The notes beneath the pieces were generated by a model, which saw nothing but the letters and a program-made list of their open reading frames with translations, searched no databases and was not told the DNA's origin. The position numbers and the translations under genes are program-made. Below, piece after piece: positions 7,300 to 16,400 of a stretch of 54,848 bases of DNA. The DNA comes from a virus. Its lineage: Duplodnaviria; Caudoviricetes. The stretch is from the IMG/VR virus record IMGVR_UViG_3300036852_000068, positions 1 to 54,848 of that record; one strand, 5' to 3'. Within the stretch, counting starts at the first letter, position 1. Each line of letters begins with the position of its first letter.

Positions 7300-7569
7300 A
7301 CAGTCAAGCCTCTAGCCTTAATGCAATACCTAATCAAACTCATTACTCTACCAAACGGAATAGTGCTCGACCCGTTTGCCGGATCAGGCAGCACGCTTAT
7401 AGCAGCAAAGCAGTTAGGGTATAAAGCTATTGGGATTGAGAAAGAGGAAGAATATTGCGCTATCGCCCAGCATCGGCTGCTAAATCTTCCTGAGCCACTA
7501 ACCTACGATGAGCCGATTAAGCCTGCTAAGCCAGCGCGGATAGTTGAGCAACCGGAGTCGCTATTTTGA
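7300..7569 (+). CDS. DNA methyltransferase 2, C-terminal SAM-binding piece (same frame as 6511..7299, after the TGA)
   Basis: TVKPLALMQYLIKLIT..NGIVLDPFAGSGSTLIAA..GIEKEEEY; no RBS before ATG 7321. Confidence 0.8.
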   Translation, partial: TVKPLALMQYLIKLITLPNGIVLDPFAGSGSTLIAAKQLGYKAIGIEKEEEYCAIAQHRLLNLPEPLTYDEPIKPAKPARIVEQPESLF

Positions 7570-7641
7570 TTACAATCAAAGCCCAATTCTTTTCCGTCAA
7601 CGGCTACCGGCCGCTCGCGCGTATGAAAGGATACAACACCT

Positions 7642-7998
7642 ATGCGACCTATACGCTTGTATGTTTCCGGCCCAATGACCGGCTATCTTGATTTTAACTA
7701 TCCCACATTCGAATCAGCCACCAAGCAGTTACGCGCCGCAGGCTATGAAGTTGTTAGTCCGCATGAGTTGGTAACGGATACTACTCTTGATTGGAAAGAA
7801 TGCATGAAGGTAGATATTCGCGCGCTACTAGATTGTGAAGGCATCGCTACTTTAGAGGGTTGTGAGAAGTCAAAGGGTGCAACACTTGAGAATACGATTG
7901 CCGCCGCAATGGGAATGGAAATTAGGACATTAGCCGACTGGTTGGATAAAGCTATCGAAATACAGCACAAAGCGGCACAGCGGCGAACTGGACTATAG
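7642..7998 (+). CDS. DUF4406-family protein (nucleoside deoxyribosyltransferase-like fold)
   Basis: YVSGPMTG..DFNYPTF...GYEVVSP...CM..DI..LLDC.......EKSKGATLE pattern. Confidence 0.8.
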   Translation: MRPIRLYVSGPMTGYLDFNYPTFESATKQLRAAGYEVVSPHELVTDTTLDWKECMKVDIRALLDCEGIATLEGCEKSKGATLENTIAAAMGMEIRTLADWLDKAIEIQHKAAQRRTGL

Positions 7999-8026
7999 CC
8001 CTAATTAAATTGATTGATTGTTGACG

Positions 8027-8260
8027 CTAAACTAGCTCATCTTCCCACACGGCTATATACGTCAGATTCTTCCTCCACTTCCGCCCTGTTTGCTTTTGCA
8101 CCTTTGCACATAAAAGACAGCGCCGCCGAATAGATAAATCCGCGATATTAACTTCGTCCTGCCCTTTCAACCCCCATTCATCTGTCCCTCGTACCGGCTC
8201 ACTAAATGGAACACGCAGCCACCAGTGTCCAAATAGGAAATGGAGAAACCTCATTGACAC
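8027..8260 (-). CDS. Hypothetical small protein, last gene of the late operon
   Basis: LFGHxW ... CxxC pattern; overlaps upstream gene. Confidence 0.5.
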   Translation of the reverse strand: MSMRFLHFLFGHWWLRVPFSEPVRGTDEWGLKGQDEVNIADLSIRRRCLLCAKVQKQTGRKWRKNLTYIAVWEDELV

Positions 8261-8784
8261 CTTCCGGCAAACACCTTGATCGCCTGCGCCGTAGGAATGA
8301 CAAGTTTGAAGCCGATCTGCGCTGGCTGGGAATTGAGAAAGTCCAACGCCTTACCCCAGAAGCCCGACGCATTGCCCTTAGGAATAAACGACTGAGCCTC
8401 TACCCGCAGTTCCCGCTCACTCATAAACAGCCCGAAATTGCGCCTAGCATCCTCTCTAGCGCGTTCAAAGTCGGTTTGGAGACTATCTGCCTTCTGCTTC
8501 TCCAGCGCGGCTTGTGCGGCCTTTAATTCGACTTGCAGGGTTAGTTCGCGTATTTGGGTAACTTGCTCTGTATTGACCTTCTGTGCAGCGTCAAAGTTAT
8601 TCTGGAGAATCTGCCACGAGTCAAGTTGCTCGCGCGTGATGGCGAGATATTGCTTGTCATCAATCTCTACGCGAATCGACCCATCAGGCAGCCGTTCAAT
8701 TATTCTTTGGCTTTGGCACACCGCCGCCGAAAGCATCATCATCGCTGCGACTGCGAACGGCATCATTAAGTTTCTTAGTTTCAT
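8251..8784 (-). CDS. Exported coiled-coil lysis-region protein (spanin-like candidate)
   Basis: N-terminal signal peptide, long coiled coil, downstream of holin and endolysin. Confidence 0.45.
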   Translation of the reverse strand: MKLRNLMMPFAVAAMMMLSAAVCQSQRIIERLPDGSIRVEIDDKQYLAITREQLDSWQILQNNFDAAQKVNTEQVTQIRELTLQVELKAAQAALEKQKADSLQTDFERAREDARRNFGLFMSERELRVEAQSFIPKGNASGFWGKALDFLNSQPAQIGFKLVIPTAQAIKVFAGRCQ

Positions 8785-9070
8785 CTATAATCACCCTCAC
8801 TCGCTCTTGACTTGCCCGCAACCGCTCCTCCGATGCCTGCTCTTGGAGTTTCGATTCAGCTAACAGTGCATCCCATCGCTTGCGATTCTCCACGGACGCC
8901 GCATAAGCCACCTCTGATTGTCGAGCCAGTTCCGCAGCATCTAACGCTTTCTGTTCCGCTTGGGTGACGCGGTCATTAAACGACTTCAGCCTTGCTTCCA
9001 GATCGGGATCGGCATACCTCTCCAGAATCCCGGCTAACATGCGAGCCAGCCATCGAAAGATTGTTTCCAT
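8696..9070 (-). CDS. Coiled-coil lysis-region protein (spanin-like candidate)
   Basis: Amphipathic N-terminus plus coiled coil; overlaps the next gene by 89 nt. Confidence 0.4.
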   Translation of the reverse strand: METIFRWLARMLAGILERYADPDLEARLKSFNDRVTQAEQKALDAAELARQSEVAYAASVENRKRWDALLAESKLQEQASEERLRASQERVRVIIDETKKLNDAVRSRSDDDAFGGGVPKPKNN

Positions 9071-9345
9071 TACACACTCTTAACGTCTTCGATAGCTTTC
9101 TTTGTTTCAGAAGCCGACACAGACGAATCAGACGTGAGCGCAGAAATAGCGTTAACCTTCGCCGCGCCCTTGCCAACATCGGCAATGCCTTGACCAACTA
9201 AGTAGCCGCCGATGAGAATCACGAATTGTAAAACCGTATCCTCATCAACTTGTATTTTGAGATACTTGGTAATCAGTAAGGCGATACTGGAAGCCAGCAG
9301 CACCAGAAATTTGCGTGAGCCGAACAGTTTGCGAACTATGTCCAT
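9070..9345 (-). CDS. Holin
   Basis: SRKF motif, two TM helices, YLVGQGIAD motif; directly after the endolysin; AAAGGAG RBS. Confidence 0.8.
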   Translation of the reverse strand: MDIVRKLFGSRKFLVLLASSIALLITKYLKIQVDEDTVLQFVILIGGYLVGQGIADVGKGAAKVNAISALTSDSSVSASETKKAIEDVKSV

Positions 9346-9363
9346 TGAGATTCTCCTTTGTGG

Positions 9364-9972
9364 TTAAGTCTTAAACATCGCTGCATAGGTTGCGGGGCCA
9401 ACTCGCCCATCGACCGTTAGCTTGTGATGCGCTTGAAATTCACGGACAGCGTGTTCAACGTTCGCACCGAAGATTCCGTCCGCGACTACGCCTAGCCGCC
9501 GCTGCAACTCCTTTACATCATCACCCTCGTCACCGCGCTTCAGAGTACGACGGTTAACAGGCGATTGCGCGACTGGCGCTAAGTCCCACGGCGAGTCAGC
9601 ATCGTACAGCCCCGCAGCGCCTAGCACTGAAATATGCAAATGCTTGTCATGCGGGTTGCTGCCGGTATAGGCCGCCCAGCCCAACTCTGGTTTGTACCTG
9701 CGATAGATTTTACTGTTCCAGATGATGTACTTGGTTCTGCGGTCTTTGACTAATTGGTGGCTGAGAGTATTGCAGTCAACGCCGTTTGCCGGATCATGCG
9801 TGATGTCGATTGCTGTAACGACGCCTCGTGCATTCGGATTATGATCGCTCTTGCGTTTGGAATGCGAGATATCCCCAACACTTCCATCACTAACCCGTGA
9901 GCGAGTCGGATGCGCTGCGTTAATCTGAATCCGCAGCTTCTCAAGCGATTTAGCGAGACGCCAATTAGCCAT
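9364..9972 (-). CDS. Endolysin: Zn-peptidase (M15-like) domain plus peptidoglycan-binding domain
   Basis: SDHNP..AIDI...HDKHLHIS metal ligands; C-terminal LKRGDEGDDVKELQRRL..DGIFG..FQ..LTVDGRVGPAT (PG_binding_1 type). Confidence 0.85.
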   Translation of the reverse strand: MANWRLAKSLEKLRIQINAAHPTRSRVSDGSVGDISHSKRKSDHNPNARGVVTAIDITHDPANGVDCNTLSHQLVKDRRTKYIIWNSKIYRRYKPELGWAAYTGSNPHDKHLHISVLGAAGLYDADSPWDLAPVAQSPVNRRTLKRGDEGDDVKELQRRLGVVADGIFGANVEHAVREFQAHHKLTVDGRVGPATYAAMFKT

Positions 9973-10095
9973 GATTTATGTGCTCATCAAGCCGACTGAG
10001 GTTGTAGACAATTCTTTGAAGGACATAGAAGGTTGCTTGCAGTGCCGACGCAGCCGCATTGTAACATCATCCTATTATTTACAACCAACAAAATT

Positions 10096-10518
10096 TTACG
10101 GACTCGCCGCCGGATTGCCGCCCTCACCCTTAATCTCAGCTAGAAACCCCTGTCGCCTTGCTCGCTCAACTTGCCCGTTCAGTAATTGCAACTCAATCTC
10201 CATTGCGGGAATGCGGGCGAGTTGCCGCTTAGCTGACTCCAATTCCTCGATCAATTCATGCGCTCGATCCTGCGCCTCAAATAACTGCTCAAAGATACGG
10301 GACAGCATCTCTCCTGCGTCTAATTGGCTACGCACCCGCAGACTATCAGCTTGAGCTTTGTTTAAATCAGACCGGGTAATTGATTCGTGAACTTCAGCGG
10401 CGGGCTTCTTCCTATTTAACCAAGTAGTAAGGTAACCAACACCAGCAGCAAAAATTGCAACTAAGCCATAGGCGGCGAGTTGTGTCCAAGTATGGGTCGG
10501 TGACAAAGGTTGCTGCAT
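10096..10518 (-). CDS. Membrane-anchored coiled-coil protein (lysis cassette)
   Basis: Single N-terminal TM helix followed by a coiled coil. Confidence 0.6.
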   Translation of the reverse strand: MQQPLSPTHTWTQLAAYGLVAIFAAGVGYLTTWLNRKKPAAEVHESITRSDLNKAQADSLRVRSQLDAGEMLSRIFEQLFEAQDRAHELIEELESAKRQLARIPAMEIELQLLNGQVERARRQGFLAEIKGEGGNPAASP

Positions 10519-10519
10519 T

Positions 10520-11119
10520 TCATCGGGCTTGAATTGTGTTTAGTTTGTCTAGCTCTTTAGTCACGCGCATTAAATCTTTGCGACTGATTGAATCATACGG
10601 GCGGCATGCTTCCCCGGTATGAGGACAGACAACCGGAACGGGTTTTTTGCCATGAGCTTCGTATAACCTTGAGGCGTCGGATAGTGGAAACCTTACGCCG
10701 TCTAACCGGCAAGTGTCAGCAGGAAGCGTGGCATCAACCGGCAACCGGTGATAGAACCAATTTGGCCCACCGGCAGCAACCATCGCCTTGGCCGTTGCTT
10801 CCGATGAGCAAATCGCCTGCTTCTCTTCGCCGTCAGCAGTTTGCCAATCGACTAGCCAATATACCCGCCTGACTAACCATCGCCTCCACCACGACAAAGA
10901 AGTAATGGGGCGGCGTTGAAATACCGCCCACATGTACTTAACTGGCTCGTGTTTTGGTACAGCGACAATCACGGATTTCTTAACCGCCCGGACTTGGATT
11001 TCCCGGTCCTGAAGTTTCCCCCGGAGGCGGTGGAGGCGGCGGAGGTGTTCCACCACCTTCCTCGACCTCTTGAGTTGATGGCTGTTCCTCGGCATCGTCT
11101 GGTTGATCCTTACGCCCAT
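10520..11119 (-). CDS. Hypothetical protein (start uncertain)
   Basis: 199 aa ORF in operon orientation with an AAGGAGG-like RBS upstream. Confidence 0.55.
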   Translation of the reverse strand: MGVRINQTMPRNSHQLKRSRKVVEHLRRLHRLRGKLQDREIQVRAVKKSVIVAVPKHEPVKYMWAVFQRRPITSLSWWRRWLVRRVYWLVDWQTADGEEKQAICSSEATAKAMVAAGGPNWFYHRLPVDATLPADTCRLDGVRFPLSDASRLYEAHGKKPVPVVCPHTGEACRPYDSISRKDLMRVTKELDKLNTIQAR

Positions 11120-11131
11120 CTTCTAACATTG

Positions 11132-11323
11132 CTATTTTCCCCTCCTTAATCGTCTTGCTGCCTGACGCAGCGGCTCACGAAAGAATACCGCAGTTAAGGT
11201 ATGAAGTGGTACTGATTTTTTATCGGGCGGCTGGCTGCGGCACTCAAGGCATATCTTGCTAAGCATATCGCGCTGACGACGATACTGGGTACAGCGAGAG
11301 CAAATGACCCAATCGTTAATCAA
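11132..11323 (-). CDS. Small CxxC-CxxC zinc-binding protein
   Basis: CSRC...CLEC; fills the gap in the operon. Confidence 0.45.
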   Translation of the reverse strand: MINDWVICSRCTQYRRQRDMLSKICLECRSQPPDKKSVPLHTLTAVFFREPLRQAARRLRRGK

Positions 11324-11331
11324 CTCTATTT

Positions 11332-11667
11332 TCAGTCCTTTACTCCTTTGTCGATACTTGAGCCGCTCTGCTCATGCGTAATCTCGCGCATGCGCTCACC
11401 GCCCTTTGACTGGTAATACATGGAGATGACTGAGCCAAGGATTACTCCGACCCAAGGCGGAATTAACGTTTCCGAGCCGCCTTTAATAATTTGAATGTAA
11501 GCGAGGCCGAACGTCAAAACGACAACAAGCAAGGTGAGCAAACCACGGAAGCCTTTGTCATACTTTCGGCCACAGTGCTCGCATTTTTTCATTATCATTC
11601 CGAGCATCTGCTTGTGCGTTGACGCAGAGCCGTAGCAATCTGACCTATGGCCTGATCGCGTAAGCAA
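11332..11667 (-). CDS. Two-TM membrane protein (holin-like); true start probably downstream
   Basis: CEHC followed by two hydrophobic helices. Confidence 0.55.
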   Translation of the reverse strand: MLTRSGHRSDCYGSASTHKQMLGMIMKKCEHCGRKYDKGFRGLLTLLVVVLTFGLAYIQIIKGGSETLIPPWVGVILGSVISMYYQSKGGERMREITHEQSGSSIDKGVKD

Positions 11668-12199
11668 TTCCTACAACCACACTCCCAATCACAATTAACG
11701 AAACGATCAACGAGACGATCATCATTATCATCTGCTGCTGGGTCACTCGCCCTGCTACGTGTCCTTCGCCTCGGCCTTCACCTCGATTGACACGCTCCTC
11801 CAAAGTCTTTAGTTGACTCTCAAAGCTCTTAGATGTACTGCCAATCAACGCCTCAATCTGATCAACCTGTTTCGTAAAGGCCGACTCGCTCTTATTTCCA
11901 GCTTCCTTTACCGCTTCAAACTGCCTTTGTACGCTAGCAAATTTCTCATCTCGCAAAGCAGCTTCATCTCGAAATCGTTGCTCGTGTAACTCCTTGAGAC
12001 CCCCAACCTGCTTCTGCACTTCAGTTGGAACTCGAACCATGTCATCATGGGCCACCTTGATTGACGTTTTTATCGAGTCAATCTCAGCGCTAAAGAGTTC
12101 TTTTAGTGCGGCGATCTCTCTCCACAGTTGAGCCGTTGTTAACGCGGACGGGTCTGATAATAGGGGGCCAGCTTGAATTCTTGGGGGTTGATCTTCCAT
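11645..12199 (-). CDS. Coiled-coil protein with C-terminal TM anchor
   Basis: Heptad-rich body; hydrophobic C-terminus. Confidence 0.65.
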   Translation of the reverse strand: MEDQPPRIQAGPLLSDPSALTTAQLWREIAALKELFSAEIDSIKTSIKVAHDDMVRVPTEVQKQVGGLKELHEQRFRDEAALRDEKFASVQRQFEAVKEAGNKSESAFTKQVDQIEALIGSTSKSFESQLKTLEERVNRGEGRGEGHVAGRVTQQQMIMMIVSLIVSLIVIGSVVVGIAYAIRP

Positions 12200-12215
12200 T
12201 ACATTTCTGTGCCAC

Positions 12216-12392
12216 TTACTTACTGTCTCTTGGATGCTCCCGCGCTATCTGTTCTAGAAGCCGTTGCCGATCCTCCGGTTGCTCAAGTTTAGATTCCTTG
12301 CAATGCCGACAATGTTGCCATCGCGCAGGATTCCATTGGCCGCAAACGCATTGCCATTGGCATTCATCGTAGTCAGGAATATGACGGCTCAT
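12216..12392 (-). CDS. 58-aa RanBP2-type zinc-finger mini-protein (not in ORF track)
   Basis: Manual translation: MSRHIPDYDECQWQCVCGQWNPARWQHCRHCKESK... Confidence 0.6.
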   Translation of the reverse strand: MSRHIPDYDECQWQCVCGQWNPARWQHCRHCKESKLEQPEDRQRLLEQIAREHPRDSK

Positions 12393-12415
12393 TACTCAAT
12401 TAACAACTAACAGGC

Positions 12416-13204
12416 TCATGCTATTTCGTAGACCCCTGAAACTACTAATGTGTAGCCATCGGCCCCTGGATAAGTGCCGTCATATTTTCGGATTCTAACT
12501 ACCGTGCCCGATGCGCTAATTTCACCGTAGAGAAGGTTAGCTGTGGCTTGAGTTTCCTCGCCCGTAACTTGAAATTGAAACGCTGATGCAGTGAAAGGCA
12601 GAGTGACATCAACAGCCCCGCCCGCTGAACCGTTTGTTGTGATTGGAACCTTGACTTGAAAGAAACAAGTCTTGCCGATTGCTTTATGACGACCGGTTAC
12701 AGTGCCAAGAGTTGTGAACGATCCGATAGCGGGAGTAGCCGTCGGCGTGTAAGCAGTCCATGCTCCCTCAAATGACAGCCCACCCGTTGACGAAATAATC
12801 TGAGGAGTTGCATAGGCTATATCCGTTCCATTGTAGAAAACGAATCCTGTGTTGCCCTGGGTGACTGTGACGCCTGTGCCGCCTACTTTTCTAACCGTAA
12901 GAGTGAATGCCCCTGAAGTGCCGTTCTTTACGACATAGATTCGATTTCTGCCTGTTCCGGCCGCAACGGGTATCTCAATGATGGCATTCGAGGTTAAAGT
13001 CCCTGAAACGTCCAGAAACATGTTTTGAGCTTGGGGCGCGGCAGGAGTTCCAGTGAGGGTGGTAGTCCCTCCAGTGGTGGAGATTGCTAATCGACCGTTG
13101 ATTGCCGAGTCGAGTATCTGGAGGGCGGCATTATAGGTTACGACCTTGTTGGCGTCTTGTTCGTTGACAGGCGTCGTCGCGTAACTGTTGGTTAAATTAC
13201 TCAT
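12416..13204 (-). CDS. Tail fibre / receptor-binding-associated protein
   Basis: Thr/Gly-rich; Q..K.VT.N.AL..LD N-terminus; WTAYTPT...GR...GKTCF C-terminal fibre-type domain; follows the tail tip gene. Confidence 0.7.
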   Translation of the reverse strand: MSNLTNSYATTPVNEQDANKVVTYNAALQILDSAINGRLAISTTGGTTTLTGTPAAPQAQNMFLDVSGTLTSNAIIEIPVAAGTGRNRIYVVKNGTSGAFTLTVRKVGGTGVTVTQGNTGFVFYNGTDIAYATPQIISSTGGLSFEGAWTAYTPTATPAIGSFTTLGTVTGRHKAIGKTCFFQVKVPITTNGSAGGAVDVTLPFTASAFQFQVTGEETQATANLLYGEISASGTVVRIRKYDGTYPGADGYTLVVSGVYEIA

Positions 13205-13208
13205 TTTT

Positions 13209-13388
13209 CTACTCGCACATCATCGGGCCGGATGGTTGTTTGAAACAGCGCCAGGGTTCGGGCGTCGGGCTTGGTGTTGCTTCTGGTGTTAGATCGCAAT
13301 CTATGCATAGCATCGGCGAAGGCTGTTCGTCGTATTGGCTAAACGCAATACTCACCGATAACGAAATAATAAGTAATAGCAACTTCAT
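13209..13388 (-). CDS. 59-aa secreted mini-protein (not in ORF track)
   Basis: Manual translation: MKLLLLIISLSVSIAFSQYDEQPSPMLCIDCDLTPEATPSPTPEPWRCFKQPSGPMMCE; homologous to 51938..52138. Confidence 0.7.
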   Translation of the reverse strand: MKLLLLIISLSVSIAFSQYDEQPSPMLCIDCDLTPEATPSPTPEPWRCFKQPSGPMMCE

Positions 13389-13400
13389 AAGTTTTCAACT

Positions 13401-16400
13401 CTACACGGCGGCTTCTGCATAGTCTCCTTGTCCAACTATCGCACTCAGTTGTCGGACACGAACTGTTACAGGGTTCCCCGGAGTAAACCCGTCTGAGGTT
13501 TGCTGCGCGGCGGTGTACGTCGTTGACGCCTGGCCTTGCATTGTCATCATGATCTCTTTTACTGACGCACTGGCGCGTGAAGCCGAAGCAAAAACATTGT
13601 AAGGGAAAGTCGGGGCTGTCGCGGATTCAGCAAAAAGAATCCATCTCTGCTCATCAGCAACATTGCTGAAATAGTAGAAACGCACGCGGTTTTCAATCAA
13701 CTCTAGGCGCACCCAAAGAGCCTTAACAGCGACAGAACCCAAATCAATACTCGCTAGAACGCTGCCGTAGGCGTAAGCCTGCAACGTCGCGAAATTGTCG
13801 CCCGATATGTTCACCCTGTCAACGTAGATGTAGAAGTGTGCATCGGTCAGCGTATCACCAGTCGTTGTGATCGCGCCTAATCTGCTTATGGGAAACCCGC
13901 CTGTCGTACTCCCTGCTGCAAGCGTTCCTTCGATTGTATTGCCAGCGACTTGGATATTCTCAAGTGATCGCGCCCAATCATCGCCAGAATTGTCGCTGCC
14001 TGTTAGATTATTCTTGTCGATTGATCCGCCAAACGACGTTATCGCTGTCAGGAATGCGGGAACCGTCGTAGTCGTTGTAGTCGGAATCACTCGCCATGAC
14101 CGAGGCGGAACCGCTGCGGGAACCTCAACTAAGTATTCATCTCTTTCTTCCCCCAGTGGAACATCGGAGTAGGGGCGCAAGCCTGCTCCAATGCGACTCC
14201 GGCGATCCCATAAAATCAGCAAGTTGTTAACTGAATCGCGGATGCCTCTAAGGTTTGTTGGTGCCAGCGGTTTAATCGTTCCTCCCGTCCAGGTGAAGGA
14301 AACCGCTGTCGCATCTGCAACGTCCTGATTTGTAGTGACAGCTTTGTAGTTAAATGCTCCATTGAGTCGGACGGGATCAATCTCAACTAAAGTTTCAGCA
14401 CCGTTGATAAAGACAATTCGCTCACCTGCACCGTGAGTCAAATGCGCGGGCGTCTCCACTCCAAATCGACCCCTGAGTAAATTGCTGATCGTGTACGACC
14501 GATTTCCGTTATCAACCACAGTGGCTGCTTGGACGAATTCATTTTTAATCAGAAATAAATTCCGACGGCTGTTAGACAGAATCTCTTGCTCAGTAACACT
14601 TGCAAACGGTACGCCCGCTGATTCATATTTCAGGGTGAACGTGACGGAGTTTGCGCGATCCCACACTGACGGATCGGCAGGCGTTCCGAGAGTCGTTGTT
14701 GCTGTTCCTAGAGTTGCAGGCACATTCCCTTGAGCAATCTGCTTATAGCCATCACCATAATCAGCGTACAGAGCCCAACCGCGCCAATCACCGTCAATAG
14801 AAAGATCGCGCGATACTGCAACGTAAAACCCAGCCACTAAACCATCCGCATCTCGCAAGGGCGGGCTGTCAATAAACTCGATAATTGAATCCATTGTTTG
14901 AACATATCGTAAGGTTGACGCAATCGGAATCACATGTGAGCCAACATCATCAGAGTACATCGTCGTTGAATACTTCCGCGCTTGAGCAATAACCACTTCA
15001 TGATTCGGCTTAATGCGAATTTCCTCAATGCGAGTAGGAACATTAACCAGCCCACCGGAGTCATCAGAGGCGCAAATAACATCACCCTCCTCAAGCGCTA
15101 ATCCCTGTGGGCCGGTTTCAAGTGCGTTGAACCAGTCGCCTTCCCGGTTCTTTGAAAGATTAAAATTGCCGATTCGCTCTGCTTGGTTCCGGTTATCAAT
15201 CGCGTTACCGTCAATCTTTAGTGGGTAGATTTTCTTAACTTGCGCTTGATGTACGGGATCGTTGATTCGCAGCGTCGTAACCGCAAAGTCATTCGTCGCA
15301 TCTCGAAAAGGTATCTCAACTTGGTTAACGCTTGACTGCCTGCTGCCTAGCGGCCACTTATATGTGCCTTTGAGGATGTTAGCGCGCGTGAGACCGGTTT
15401 GCTGGAGGACGGTTGAACCGATTTCAGTCCATGTTACGCTACCGTCAACCACGGTTCCACCCGGAGTAGTCGGCCATACAGGTGTGCCGCTGTCAGTAGT
15501 TCCCCCAACGGTCGCTTGGTACTTATGACCATTGAGTGGATCGGGCAGGTAAATGTCATTGAGAATAACCGCCGTCGATGGCTGCCGCATCGGAAACACA
15601 TCCTGCGAGTTCGTCGCAAACGACATTGCCACCCGGATCAACTCTTCTGCGGTAGTGTTAAAGGAGGGGGGTAGTGCAGCACCGGGCAGAGGTAACGCAT
15701 TGATGGAGAAGTCAGCAGCATTCGTTCTCGTAGCCTGATACCGCAGTTGAGTTGATCCAGTCTTTTCACTGACAAAGAATTGCCGCGCAGTAACCCCAGC
15801 AGGAAATGCAGGAAGCGCACTAACGTCAATTTTCTGGTTTGCAGTTAGCGTGATCGTTGCTAAGAGTGTTAAAGCCGTTAGGCCGTTAGCGTTCACATCT
15901 GCGTATGCTACTTGATATGTTCCGGCCTGTAAAGAACCTGCTGAAGCGGCAAGGGTTGGCGCGGTAGTAGGATCAGCGATTGGGCCACCGTGGGCTTTCA
16001 AAAACGCAACACCAACATTCAACGCACCATGCTTACACTTGATCGTGATGACGCTTCCAACCACCGTTGCGGCAATGTACTTCGAGATTCGCTGAGTCGC
16101 GTTAATGTAAGCAGCCAGCATCGTGGCGGCGGTATCGGTCGTGTCGTTTGAGCCAAGAATGTAGCCAATGGAAACCCCGTCAATCGTAGCGGTAATTGAC
16201 CCTGAAGGCGTGCCGCCGATGGTTATAGTCCCAGACGCCTGTACAGTAGTGCTTCCTCCGCTCAGATTTGCCTCTGAAGCCGTCGCAGTGACCGATCCGG
16301 TAGATGATGCGGCCAGGGAAATGGAATTGCCTGAGGTCGAATAATCGGCAGAAGTAACCACGCGCTGTTCGGAGTGAGTCTGCCCGCCACTGAGGACAAT

